Of a stretch of DNA of 64,000 bases, positions 23,679-37,800 are shown one piece after another. Position 1 is the stretch's first letter, and each line of letters begins with the position of its first letter. The DNA lies in assembly GCF_003704095.1 (NCBI RefSeq), contig NW_020844752.1:1-64000 (forward strand), given 5' to 3'. Source of the stretch: Pocillopora damicornis. Lineage: Eukaryota. A model generated the notes under the pieces. It did no database searches. It worked only from the letters and a program-made list of their open reading frames with translations, and was not told the origin of the DNA. The position numbers were made by a program, and so were the translations under genes.

Positions 23679-26600
23679 TTAGCTGCTTAGCAAGGTTGTT
23701 GCCGTTTCACACTCTGAACACTTTTCAAGTGAGGAGGTCGTTAGCACCGGTAGGGTTAACCCACCGTTTTTAAATGCGTCAAACGGTTCCGCACGCGGAA
23801 ATCCGCATCCTTCAAACTTACTCCGCATACATTGCAACGCATTCTTTCTACTGAGCAATTTGGTCAACTTTTTTTCATGATTAGGTCTTCGCAACCTCCA
23901 ATGAGAAGGCTTAACGAACAATGACTTAAAAGTTCCAGAAATACATTTATCTTAACGATCATACCTACAGGAAAGACGAAGAAAGAAATGTTTTCAACAT
24001 CTTGACATTCCTCCAAGTTGAATAAACTAACCATTCTGTAAATTGACAAAGGGGTCAAAAAATCTTCAAAACAAACAAATGGTACAGGAGAGGAGGAGCT
24101 GTTTGTTCTGAAAAAATAACAGCTAAATAATCTGGTAACTATGGGTAAATAAGTCCATTTGAAAGAGAGAAAAAAAGGGGTAAAGCGAAAGCTCCATTCA
24201 TTGTTATATGTGTATCATCACAGAGGTTTCAATTTGGTACACATTTTAATAACAACCTGTACACGTTTGGAAATCATTCCAAACTCAACCGAGCTTTTTT
24301 TTTTTCGTATGAAGTGTCTCTTTGAGAAATTCAAGAGGCCGTTTAAAGGATTTTTCACCTCATCATTAGAAACAATCCAAAATAGCATTTAAAGATGTGA
24401 TTAAACCGATTGAACCTGAGAGATAAATCGTCTAAACCATCGCTCCACTTGTCCAATCGCATGCAGAAGAAACTCGATATGGATCGTAGCGTGTTGCTAA
24501 ACAGACAGAAACTATCTGCGCTAATCAGCCACTGACTGGCACGTTTCCTGATTAAGACAAAGGTGATGGAAAGACAGCATATCTATGTTTTGATTGTCAC
24601 ATAAATGGCCAATTTGAGGTCCAGCATAAAGGCGGTGCTCTGTGATAAGTGGGTCCCGTTCCTGAAGCATTCGTAGAATTTGCGATTCAGAGATAAGATA
24701 ATGGGATTGCGGTGTCCCTTGTTAACCGAGAAGGAAAAGTAGCAAGTGGACATTTATCACACACAAGAAACAATATTAAAGTTTCAAAACTTAATCCAAG
24801 TTATTGATTCAGGCTGCAAGAGTAAAATAAACTGAGTTGCGTTCGAGTCCGTGACGCTCAGAAAGATAAACACATATCAAGATCCAGACCTGACGCGTAA
24901 CTGTAAATTGACACCACGCAACAAGATGGCAACAGATCATTAATCATTATTGTTTGTCGGGTATAACAACTGATGAAATCCTGCTAACAAGGTTCTGCTT
25001 GGAAAATGTTTAACCCACTCGTGAAGCTCCATCAGTACGATGCACTTTCTTGCGCTAAGAAACAAAAAGTTAAACTGCATGATGGAAACAGATGCCTGCA
25101 CGGAAGATCGGGTGAAGACAAAGGAATGGCAACGCCCTAAAGAACAGACACTCTTTCTTTCATTTGTTACGTGGCGTCTTCAATTTGGGTGAGCGTTGCA
25201 TGTGCATGCTTTTTCTCTGATAAACATCTTTCTTGATTCTCCTTAAATAAAATTCTACCTTGTGAACAAGGCCAAAACCAAACTTGTTGATATTTGTATA
25301 TTGTAACGGCGAACCGATCTGTGAAATTGATTTGTGCTGAACCATGATGGAGTGATTCGTTTTCCCTTAAAGGAAAACGGTATTTCAGAGCATTTCAGGG
25401 CTTTCATCATAGTATAAGTTTCAGTTCATTTCTTGCAAATTACACCAAAGTCATTCAGCTACAGTTGAGCAAACAAAAGTCGGTTGAATACTGTCTTACT
25501 GTCCTCAGAGTGCTAAACCTTTCGCAACGTATAAACTTGCTGTAATTCTGGCTGTGATGTCTTCACAACATTCTACTTCATGTTTCACTTCTCAAACTAA
25601 AAAGTAACTTGTAAATTCGGCTCCAAAGAACATTTTTTCTTCGCAGATACGAAGTAAAACACAACATATAACTAACGCAGTTTTACATTATTCTGGTTGT
25701 TTCGAAGAGGTTTCATTCCACAGTTAATCTCCAGTGTTGGGCATCCTCAAATTGTTTTGGGATTACAGTGTTCTTACAAACAGGTGATTATAACTTCTAA
25801 GGCGAGAACCGTAGACCAATGATACATTTTTTTGGTAGGGTTTCTGTTAATGTTACATGAGTTGTATTCAGTGCTATTTGGAGCTGAAGTTGGTCAACCA
25901 CTCGGCTAACGAACAACATGTAGTTGCCTAAGATTGTACGCCTTCATCAAACAAAACAATATTCCACGGATGGTCTATTAACAACTTTCACACTTTAATG
26001 GAAGGAAGTAATCGATTGAATCTATTCTATTCCATGTTCGGAAGCTTAAATCTATTAGCAGGGGCATGCCACACAGACCAAGGCACTAGCTACTTAAGTA
26101 ATCACTGTATTACACGCGCCTTCGATATGCAGTTTGGTTTGCGATCATGATATTGGCGTCGAGAGCTTGAAAAAAAAACGCTACGTTATGATATTTCCGA
26201 GTAAATTCTTACGGTTAAGTTGTTATATATTTCTATTATGTTGTGCTAATTAATCGATTACATTCGATTATATTCAAAGTCGAAACGATCGCTTATCGCA
26301 AATTGAAAAATCGTTCTACAACTTGGCTACTTTCAATCGGTTTGAGTCCAAATTGAATTGTATGACAATTGCAATAGTAATTTTGCTGAGAATTACTGCC
26401 GCCATAAAGATGTATTATTCTTGTTTTAAAATTTAACCTTGAAATTTATTCTCCACGGGCCTCAGAACAACTTGGGCGATCTTCGTGGCAACAGGCACAC
26501 TTTTCAAAGTACTGAATTAAATGGCAGAACTCTATTTAACGCACTACAAAACTAAAACGCCGCTTCTAAATGGCTTCTACAAAGACGACATCTGATTAAG

Positions 26601-29600
26601 AGTTTCATAGGTAAAACTAACGTTTGCAAAGACGAATCTTTGCTCTCTTTTGTGCTAAGATTCCCTAGGCCCATTTATTAAGCGATAATTGAAGCAACTG
26701 AGGGGTAAGGAGATCCTGAAAGCTTAGCCTTCATAGAGCTTGAAAATATTTTAACGACTGCTTAGTTTTCCCACGTAATATCATAAAACATGCACTCGCC
26801 CGTTTGTTTCTACCTGTCCCTGATTAAGTTAAAAGTATTCCTCAAGTTGCTTTCACAGAAAACGTACTTAACGCTGTGTTAAGGTTCTCTCATTTTCGAG
26901 TGATATCCCGACACAAGTGAAAGTCAACTGCAAAGCATCTTCTTGACTTAGTGTTCTCTTTGCATTGAGAAAATTTTCACCTGTCTTTAAAATCGAGGGG
27001 AACTTTGATGTTTAATTCAATAAGTTTATTAGATCGTTTTACTCTATCTGTAACCCTAACACGAAGCACGACTAAACCATGGTGTTTGCTTTCTCGATGA
27101 ACCGCATTCCAATCTTCTATTATCTGAGAACCGAAGGTTGTCAGTCTCCTAATTGAGAAAATCGTCGTTTTATCTTAAATCTATCCGGGAAATAGATACA
27201 GAAATAATTTTTTTCTCCGAACTTCTGTATGAAGCACTAGCATAGCCTAAGAACTGCATCAGGTAAAGGTAGAGGAACTAAACTGCCAGCATCTCCTGTC
27301 ACACATCAGCAATGGGGGTTACATACCTATTGCTAGATCTCCCACTTTGAAACGAGAGGTTAACAACCGCGGCCGAACAGCCTGGCAATTTTCATTCAAC
27401 TGGGCAAATTTCTCATTGGTACGTTTTGTTCAACAGAGGAATACTCTAAGATAAACCACTAGTTGAATTGGTTATGTATGCATGAAAATGTGCGCGACCA
27501 TTGACTTGTCGATGGAATTTGTTTGTGAAAAGGCAAATACACTGAAATTAAAATTTACTTAGTTTTGGTTCCCTCGTAGCTGAACCGAAAAAAGGCTTTA
27601 GAAAATAACTCACAACTTCAGACAAACTGGGAAACAATGAAGCTTAACAGCGTGGTTCATTAGATAACACCTGCCGTAACATATTAATCAGACAAAAATT
27701 ATCATGAAGGCAACATCAGAACAGAGTCGTTTTCCCCTACAAGTTTTTCGACTGGTTATTCACAATTCCCCAAAAGTTTATTTTCTTCGAATCCAATTTT
27801 CAAAAGCTAGCTTACTTGTTACCTCTACAGTTAATTTTTGTGAGGTATCAGAGTAAGTTTCTGGCCTCAATTCCAGCTTTCCCTCTGTACAACTGTACAC
27901 TAATTAGCTACAGAAAATCATGCAACCATTTGTCAGTTTGTTTACTAGATTTCGCAAGTCAATAATGTAAGACCCAATGTACCAACCTCAATGCGCCATG
28001 CCCTTAATTGAATTTGTACTGTGAAGTAGCTGTTTCGGTAAAGATAAAATACGTGACATTTGTAATTTTATAAACCCCTTTCACTAATAAAATTATCGTT
28101 TGATTCTATTTCAGTTTTTGGTGCGATTTAAAAGTCGAGCACAACCTCTTCTGAAGCGCAGTGTCACAATCTCTAATAGAGCGTCTTAAGTAATCAGTTC
28201 GCCCTTCTTTTGATCCTGTAGAATTTTTACTTAAAATATATTTTAATAGAAAACTATAACTTTGATCGTTCAAATAGATAGCCATAACTTAGATTTCTCG
28301 CACACTAAGCTGTGCTTATCGCTAAGCCTTCGACTGAAAATCAATCTGCTATCTCAGAGAGAAAGATGTCTTGATATTTTAACTGTTCTCTTCATTCATG
28401 TATCCCCATACTGTTTGATAAAGATCTCCTTTCATAACTGATCGGACTTGCCGGAGCCGTAAAAATGCCGAGTTCTTAATTAACGAGAACATATCAAGTG
28501 TTGAGGAATAGAGTTTCAGCCATTTAAGCCACTCTTCAAAATATACATTAAGGAGGCTTCATAAGGAGAGACATAATCCTTAAAATACTTCAAATGAAGG
28601 TTTTTGGCGGAGGCCTACAATTAACCCTTTACACTCTAACATCAGTATGCACACTCTCCATACTGTTCTCTAACATTTCCTTGGGTGCCGACAAGGAGAA
28701 TTTGTCTAACAATCAAGAGCTTCTGAAGTTGGTGTTCAGTTCCTTTATACTCCTGACCTTAATGTTTGTTTCAGGGGTGATATGGTAAGGAGAAACTTGA
28801 TATCAGTCACTCTTAGGAGTCAAAGGCGGCTTTGCGAAAACCTGTCAGCACGTAGTATCCGAAAATCATCACAACATACAAGAATTCCAAAATTAACAAC
28901 TCACCAGGACCTAGTCCTTCTTTTCATGTAAAATGCCGCTGATTGAAAATATTTCGGCGCAAGTTTATAGTCTGACCAAAATAGCAACTACTTCAAATGC
29001 GGTATTTCTCATGTGAAAATCAATACTTTTCTTGATACGCCCAAATTCAAACGGTATAACCGCGATAGAGGAGGAAAACCCTAAAGAATTTCAGTAACTA
29101 TCTTGAGGTCGCTTCTAGATCGTCTCTTGTGTTACAGGAAAGGTAGATACATGTTCTCGAAGGGAAAGAAGTCTTGCAATTGTATAATTCATTGGAGAAC
29201 ACGACCTCCGAGAAAGGATGAAATGGGTTCAGAAAAGTTAGACCCAAGGGACTTCTGTAGTTTTGGATAAACTTAATGTAACAATAAAAGGCTGTTTTTA
29301 GTAGCTTAAAGACTGACAAAGTAAGAATCAAGAGACAATTAAATAATTGCAAAGTTGTAACTAATGGCAGTGAAGTCCTCAGTAGTGTTGTTCTACCTTT
29401 TTTTCAATGTGAGTTTAGTTACTAGATAATTTCACAAAACACAACAATATTAATAATAATAAAAAAAAATTATTTAAAATATTACGCTTCATGTTATGTT
29501 CGTATCCTCCTCGATCATTTCTAGTTTTCAAGATTTGAAACCAGAAGTGCTACATCCTTCTATCGGCTTTTATTCCTTGATTAACTTATGCATGACTTAT

Positions 29601-31825
29601 GGTGTAAATTTCCCTGCACAGCCCTCAGTTCTATTATTTCAGGAATGCTAAAAGATTATTTTATGGTTACATCAAAACAGCTATCCTAAAATAAGTATCT
29701 TTTACATTAAAAACTCGAACCGAACGATGTAAGGCCACCATGATACCTTTTACATGAGTTCCAACAGCAACATCTTAAATTGCTATGTTGAGATAGATTC
29801 CTAGGCAAAGAAATATCTCTTTGAACAATGCTGATCGCGATTAGAAACAAGTTCGTTAATGAAAGACTGAGATTACAACATTTCCTCTGCTGCTAGTACA
29901 GCAAAAGGAGAAATGTTTCAGTTCTGTTCTTCCCGCGGATATGTTTTCTGTAGTTCATCTGGCGAGGTATTCGCGTCACTCGGTATTAAGAAAAAATGTT
30001 CGTAAATTGAACGAAATACTTTTTTTAACCAGTTCAGCACCGCATGTGCTGAAAAGACAACCGAACCGGTTTTCCCGAAGATAGAAAATTAGCAGTAAGC
30101 TGGCGATAAATTATAAGACCAGGACGTAATATTATTTCGGCTGTCAAAATTTTTAGCGGTGATGGATTGTAAATTAATTTTGCTTCCTGGAATGTTAACC
30201 ACATCAAGTAAAGCATTGTCTTCCTTGAAAAACCACCACGTAAAGTCGCAGGCATTTCCGTCAAAAGTATTCCCAGGGGCAGTTAGGGGGTGGACTCCAA
30301 AAGGCCTGTTTTGACCCATCTCCCAATATATTTTTATTCAAGCAAAATCGATCTGTCCGGGCCTTTTTTCAAGAAACTTTTTGTGTCTTATCGAACATTT
30401 CTTGCCAAGATTGAAGTATGATCAACAGACGTGACTAGCCCACATTTCTTCAGGCCGCTCTAATGAAAACCGCAGAACACATTTCCTTTGGAGGTGAGAA
30501 AGTCGAGACAAGAGTATCGAATAATCGCGTTGCAGTTTGGTATTACAATATTTCATTCGCGCATCTGTCTTGCGATCAAAACATTTCTGGAAGTAACAAA
30601 GGCTGAGGATCGGATTTTAGCTTATCATCAAACCCGTCACATTTTTTAAGTGACATAATGGACCTGTAAAAGCTTCGTATTGTGAAGGAAGGATTATGAA
30701 CCGCACCAAGTGTTTACATTAGCCTCGCACGTCACTCCAAATTAAAACATATACAAATACGAAAGCGAGCAACTCGTGCTTCATTAAAGCATTTGCAAAA
30801 ACAAAATACTCTTTGTGCCGCGTGAAATAAAAAGATTTTAGAACTAAAATGGAACACAGGGGAAATCCAATTGATAAAGATTGGGGTATAATCTCTTTTT
30901 TTGGGTCACTTTCTCACCCACATCATTATTTCACACCTTGATGTGTCTACATGAAAATAGAAAGCATACCTTCGTAACAAAAGGAAGGTATTTGGGAACG
31001 GCTTTTTGAAATGTTGTTTCTAAGGTTTGTAAAACTCAAACACTTAACAAGGTTTACAAGCTAGTTTCTGATCGGACTCATCATTAGAAAGAGCTATATC
31101 AACCGAGTCAAACGGGTTTCCAGTTGTAATTGGTTTTTCCTCCATGGAGAGTGAAATAATCCCGTGTAATAAATATTCAAGATGAATAGAACTGAAGCAG
31201 AAAGTGCCTCGCGAAACAATTTCCCGGCACATAATCAAAGAGTAAGAGGTGAAATAAGGTCCAACAGGTAAAAATTACTACACAAGTAAAGTAAAGAAGA
31301 ATCAGAAACTATCAACAGAATCAAGACGGGCGTTTAAATTAAGAAAACTTAATCCTTCGCGCGTGATCACAATGTAGTTATTTCGACAGTCTCTACGTTG
31401 TAGTCATGTTTGCTAGCTCTACATGGTTGAAAGGGACGCACAAAATGCAAAGCTGGCTGACGAAATCGCTTCATGATAAGGATATTGACCTATCTGAAAT
31501 TGTTTAGGGCTTAGTGAAAGCTATGCGAAATAGAAAACACCACGATTTTCGACAGAAGTCACAAGGGCCTCCGTTCTAATTTGTTTTCCCTTTCGAATTA
31601 GTGCATCCTCTTAAAAGAAAATAAAAAAATAGACCACAGCAGAGCGCAGGAGTGGTTTAAATTAGTGGCAAACTTACCTAATAGCTCGCCGGATGGAAGA
31701 AAAATGTGTACAAAGATATTAGCCAACAAAACAAGCAGCAAGATAAATCCTATGACTAAAACGTGTATCACCCAACGCGGTCGTTTTCTCCCCGAATTTA
31801 ACTCGTGGTAGACTTTCATCCGCAT
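23679..31825 (-). pseudogene. Decayed intron-containing exostosin-like (GT47+GT64) glycosyltransferase pseudogene
   Basis: First exon 31825-31678 is a clean type II anchor (MRMKVYHELNSGRKRPRWVIHVLVIGFILLLVLLANIFVHIFLP). Later exon-like blocks keep splice sites (~31170-30970, 30663-29747, 29254-28905, 27445-27327, ~26980-26870, ~25365-25259, ~23964-23679) but carry many stops and frameshifts. Residual motifs occur in EXT order: LLLELM, FHPFSEVV (cf. LPFSEVI), FEVVAIL (cf. FTAVVL), SSNR at an exon end (cf. SLNNR), FGLVHK (cf. AAFYHK), RKNALQCM...F (cf. RxxCxNxF). The family assignment is by eye only. Confidence 0.5.
28621..28826. mobile_element. MITE copy
   Basis: TTAACCCTTTACACTCTAACATCAGTATGC...GTCACTCTTAGGAGTCAAAGG. 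The overlapping 64-aa ORF is spurious. Confidence 0.8.
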
Positions 31826-34800
31826 TGTTGCTGAAATGTTGACTGAAATGTTCCCTTCCCTGATTAGTAGTGCTAAGGTTATCGATCGACTGGTCTGTGA
31901 GGTCTTGCAGCGTTACTCCTGTTACTACGAACGGCGTCTTGAAAAGAGTGATTACATTAGCAATAACATGTTGAGAGGAAATGAATTAAATACTTGTACT
32001 ACGTAATGCGCGCGTCATGCCATTAAAATACACGCAGACGCCTTTGATTGTTAACTTGGTTTCCGCCAATAGGACACCGCGCTCAGGTTTTATCTCGGAA
32101 AGTGGAAAAGCTTTCAAAACTAGGGTTAGGTTAATTTTTGAAAGTCTTTGAAAGAACTACAAGCACGGTAGACAGTTACGCTCACAGCAGAGGATGCAAA
32201 GACGTCTGGAAATTACATCTGAGCCTTCGTTTAAAATGTTGATGTAAAAATTTTGTCGCGCAGGAGTTAACAAATTCACTCTCATATCGTACTTGCTATT
32301 TTTTAAAAAAATTTTTTTGGTAACTAGATTGTGCGCACAACAGTCAAGCGCGAAAACTCTTAGGGATAAAGATTGAGTTATCGATGAACTTACATGTCTT
32401 TGACTTGTTGACAAAGAGAAAATAATCTCAATTGTTTGACATACAGAGGGAAAAATATGAAATGTTCTTCAGAATATTTCACCGCACCAAAAGTGGTCTT
32501 GCAATGATAAATTGACTTCAAAAACTCCAGAGTCAAACTTTCAATAAACGCACTAGTATCTAATGTAAATCTCTGTTATGCAAATATCTTGTGCTGTATC
32601 AAATGTACCGATTATCAATTGTAATCTCGAGAAAACTGACAGCAAAGGTACGCGTTACAGACAAAGTTATCAACGCTACATGCTAGAGAGAAAACTTGCT
32701 GACCAGGTGAGCTGAAAAGAATTTAAATTAACTCTCAAAACGCACTACAGACCCATGCGAATGGAGAGAGGTACGAGAGTGACCCATTGAGAAGAGTCGG
32801 GGCCTGAGATGAGTTACATCGCATCATAGAACACTTTACTAATCCAAGCTTGACCTTTGTACATTCTAACAAGGTAACGAAAATGTCCCGCGGATTAAAG
32901 ATTTATTGTTCTGCGTGGAGGGTGGCCATTTATTCCTTAAAACGGGTTCGAAACTAATTCCATAAAAAAAAATCCGCAAGAGAAGGCATTAACCTACTCA
33001 TGAGGGTGAGCTGTATTTATTTCAATCATCTGTTTTGTTGCGTTGCAAACAAAGGATGAACCTAACGCAAGGAAGTTAAATCCGCTTTGTGTACTTACCA
33101 TCGTGTTAATAGTTACAACTTTATTATGTCTGAAGCAGTTATCACTCAAATGATTTCACATTTAGTTTTTAGTCTTACACATTCTTCTACACGTCCCCTT
33201 TAAGTGAGGGAATTCTCACCCCAGGCCATCATTTTAAAGTTGACACAGAAATACAGACCGAGGCCCACTCACTTTTAAAATAAGGTAAAACAAATGTAGA
33301 ATTAGTAGCAACAATGACCGACAGGTTGAAAAAGAAAAAAATGTTTAATGCACTCAGGCAGAAAGGAAAAAATGCACGGCACAAAAGTACATTCGAGGAT
33401 AATGTCCGGCGCGTTAAATGTCTGCGCATTCCCTACGAAAATGAAAGGCAAATGCATGATACACATTGCGTTGCATACACATTGCATATTTCATCCGGTT
33501 ATACCTTCATTTTACTCCTTCGTTTCTATTTCGAATCCTGTCGGACTCGTTTTATCTTTTTATAGCGGTGAGATAATTCTTTAAAAAAATTAAATCTTCT
33601 ATTGGTGAGAAATTGCCACTTGAAGAATCTGTTAAAAAAAAAGCTTAAGAATGTCCTTCTGCGGGATAAACAAAGACATTGGATTGTGTAAAATTGTATT
33701 TAAACTTACACAAAGGTCAAAACCGCGATAAATAGTATCTTACTAATTCTTCCGCTAATAATTGTTCAGTTTGTTCGGTGGCTTTAAGTCACCGAATCTC
33801 CTTGTTGTGCCCTCTGACTACACCCGGCTTTTCGTATTTGCAAATATCGATATCGATAAAGCAACAAACTACGGAAAACTGATCCACTCATTGTATGTTG
33901 TTTTTATAGAGAATCACACTAAAGCGCATCTCGGTAACTTCAAGTTTTACAGACATGATAACGAATTTTTTTTTTTTTATGAGTTTAACACCTTCATAAG
34001 AAATCAATCTCACAACTCGATAATTCTTCAAGAGCCAGTAGTAGCTTACAATATTCCTGGCTCCTACGGTGGTGTTGAGGTGAAGGAGATGATAAAAATT
34101 TCCTCATATGTCTGTTTTGTATAAGCGAATGGGTGTCTGGCAGACTGGAAACCGCCAAAGAAAAAAAAATTCTCATGAATGCAAGCTTGAATTAGTTGGA
34201 CACACAAATTCAGCCTCAGTCCCAGTACTTAGTTGTTAGGCGAAAATTTAAGTGCTGACGAAAAGAGAACTTTGTCACCACGTTATTACTCAATCATGAA
34301 ATGTGGGAAAGCTGTAATTGGTAATATTTTCGCTGGAATCTTTGTGACATCCGGGCAAGGCGCCTGTTCGACTTTGGTTAATTTTTGTCACCTTCCTGCA
34401 GGCCTTCTTAATTGAATCAGTTAGAAAAAAATGGTCCTTGGTCCTCATTTGAGCCGAAAAACGCTCTTTCGCTTAAACCTTCCGGAGTAGCGTGTCTGCT
34501 GGTGCGACTTTCACAAACTAATTCAAATATTATTCATAATCCACGTATGGCGCCGAGGATTTCAGTCAGTTTGTGTCAAAAAGTGAAAAATGAAGTAAGA
34601 ATGACCCCACTGAAACCCCATGAGTCCGCACACAACATACTTTTATTCATGAAAGAATCTTCGCTAAATACTCCGCTTTTTCTAAAAGATAGGATTAAAG
34701 GAATTAACGTCACCGATAATTTGTGAGATTAAGAACCCAAATGTGCATTTCAAACGCAAAGTTTCGCTTCGAATTGACCATATCTTGGCTCTGTACATTT

Positions 34801-37800
34801 CCTTCTTCCAGACCACATTCCGGACACCATAACTCATTCTCACACATATGTCATTTTTACACCTTACACTCTTAAAAACTCACTCAAACCCCTACTTTTC
34901 TCTCATAATACTTCCTTTTTCTTGGAGACTGCTCAGTTTGCTACAGAGCAGCAAAGTTTACAAGTTAGACGCGACTCCGATTCACTGTCCAGTGCCGCTG
35001 TCAAAGACGGACAGCACAAACACGCTTTTGTAAACTCGCCGACTTGTGCTTCAGATTTATTTCGCTGTTTTTTCGCTCTAAACGAACCACTTTCGGAGCT
35101 ATTAAGGATCTGCCACAACGAGAGGAAATCCCAGTGAGTGATTTATAGCTTTAGCTTAAACTGCGCTGAAGTTTTCGCATAAATCAAGTGAAGCTTCGCG
35201 ACCCGCGACAAGGGGCGGTCGAACCGAATATCGGTTTGCTCGGATTACATATTTACATTTACAGAAAGAGATAAAACCCACTTACCTCTAAAAATACATA
35301 GTATCAACATAGAAAAGATCCGCATCCATGCTCGGGACGGTCCCATTTTCGGCCAGAAGGCAAGTTGTTACTTTGTTTAACTGCGACTGGAATACAAACA
35401 ATCAAAGTGCTTATATACTCTCTTATGGCCACTCAGATGTTGCGGCGTGCAACAGATAACAGAGCAATGACCGGCATGACAAGAGAGTTTTCTAGCGGGG
35501 CTACCTGCCACAGATGTCATCGCTTACCTGACATGTGTCAAGAGCGGGGAGAATTTGATATACGAGTATATGACAGCTAAGGCTACTTAGCAAGGACCTT
35601 ACGACCTATTTCTTTTAGCCAAATTTTCCAACCCGTTGCGATCTGTTTTATTTACTCTTCCTTTTGGTCCGCACTAAACAGAGAGTGGAAAGGGAGTTTT
35701 AAATCGATAAACACTGGACTCTTCTATCATTCCGGCCAACAACATGTAATGTGCAAAAGAAGGAAGACTTTCAAGAATTTTCACAGCTGCAAACCAATCA
35801 CAAGTCGCGACTGAACATATGGTCTAACCGCACAAAAGTGTTATAAACCAATTGCCCCTTCAAACCCATTCAAGGCTCTCTCGTTTTAACAACTCCAACC
35901 TCCGTTTTATTTGGAGACCTGCGAGTTTTTTTTCTTTGCAGCGGTTTTCTGCTAAGAAACTATTTAGCTAGAGTAAGAATTAAACATTCGCGTGGAGTAA
36001 CGATTTTGATACAATAGCCCATTCGGCAGTTGTCAGGTTAGAACTGGTTTGCTGATTATATCACTACTAATTACTCTTATTAGTATCACAAATACCGCCT
36101 TTGGGAGATCACATAGCGCTATTGGGATGGGCTCTAACATTTGACACTACACATGTGAAAATCATCTGCTAAATTCATGCGTTGTGGGAGTCAAATCTTA
36201 CTTTGCGCAAATTTACTTTCTAGAGTGTGCAGTTTTTGCGCACTTTTGGCAACATTTCGAGGCTATCACTACTTGAGATCTTCTAGTGTTAATCCATTTG
36301 CTTAACATAAGGTCTGTGGGGAGCTCAGCCATGAATACTTGGCAAGCGGAAGTGATGTTGATTTACGAGCTAATGACAAGGCCGGAAATCCACTTGTCAA
36401 AGGAAGAACGCGATCGTGTTGTCCGAAACTGAAGGACTGTGGGAAGGCTGAACTTGAACAACAACAACAACATGTGGAACGAATTATCCAGTGGCGAATT
36501 TTTTTTCAACTTTGTTGTTTTCTATTCCCGGTATTTTACAATTTCTATCATAAAATATATGTCGTTTGGTACGGAAAATGATTCACCGGAACGAGAGTTT
36601 TTCTCATTGTAATAATAACGATATTTTCAACAATCCATAGCAAGGTTTTTGTACAATACGGTTAAACCGATTGTTTTTCTACAGGAAACGATAGCTTTTT
36701 TCCAATTACTTCTTGATAATAATTTTGTAAAATCTCCTATGCAGGCCCAACAGCCGACAGATAATCCCAAAAGCTGATCTACAATGATAAGTGAAAAGTA
36801 TGAAATACAGTCTCCATTATTTGCTTTCAAGGTGAAGCCATTTTAAATTGCTTTTTCTAATAAATGAATCAATTAAATAAACAAGAAAATTTAATGTGAC
36901 AGCAGGCGATGCTGGAAGGGTCGGGGTTTCGTACAAATTCACATTTGCTCAAGAACTCTGAAATACTTTGTTTTATAGCCTGAGAGGGGTTTTTGTAAGG
37001 GGAAAAATTGAGCAATTCTTCGGGCAATAATTATTTTTGTATGTCATTCACAAGGGATTACTTGAATAAATTGAAACTATTCTAAATAAATAAACAAATT
37101 AAAAAATAAAGAAAAGACACGAGCCAAACCTTTTTAAAGATCAACAGGGTAGTCGTTAAAGTGTCTATAAAGGTGAGAAACTTAACAACTGGTGGTTCAT
37201 CGATGACTTCATAAAAACACATTCAAGAGAAGGTCATGATCGATTTTTTAGTCAGGGACATGCAAATCTGCCTAAATCTTGGAGATCACAATGTAGAGGT
37301 AAGCTGGAAAATCAAACAAAAGACAATGTTCAATTCAACCAATTCCCTTTTGTCTATTTTAGGACACACGACCAAATGCGTAGCTCGTTTGTTGTAAGCC
37401 AAAAAAAGATGAATAAAGAACACACGCGAGGGGACAGAAGTCATTCGTACCGTTTGAAGCTTAGTCACGACATCAGTTTAATTTTTTTTTGCGGCTCAAT
37501 ACAACGTGAACAAAGGAAAAGCCTGAAACAGGTCATCAAGAACAGGGCATCACAGTGGTCAGCATAAACTTCAAAGAAAGTTTATGGGGAACTGAACAGA
37601 AGAAACACTGTTTAAAGGCAAACACTGTATTGTTGAAAGGCTAAAATGGTAAGAAGTTGATAGCGTGTTAGGCTTAATGAGGTAGTTTGTACAAAAAATT
37701 TCATAACAGAGGGTGACTAAATTAACCCTCTTCGAAATCTAAATATTCATTGAGCTTAGTTACAATAAAAGAATTACGTTTTATTTGCTGATATCTTTCT

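Noticed and set aside
34860-35330. Minus-strand MRIFSMLILCIFR exon plus a Cys-containing exon (possible secreted-protein relic)
   Set aside because: The splice phases lead to an immediate stop and no family could be assigned.
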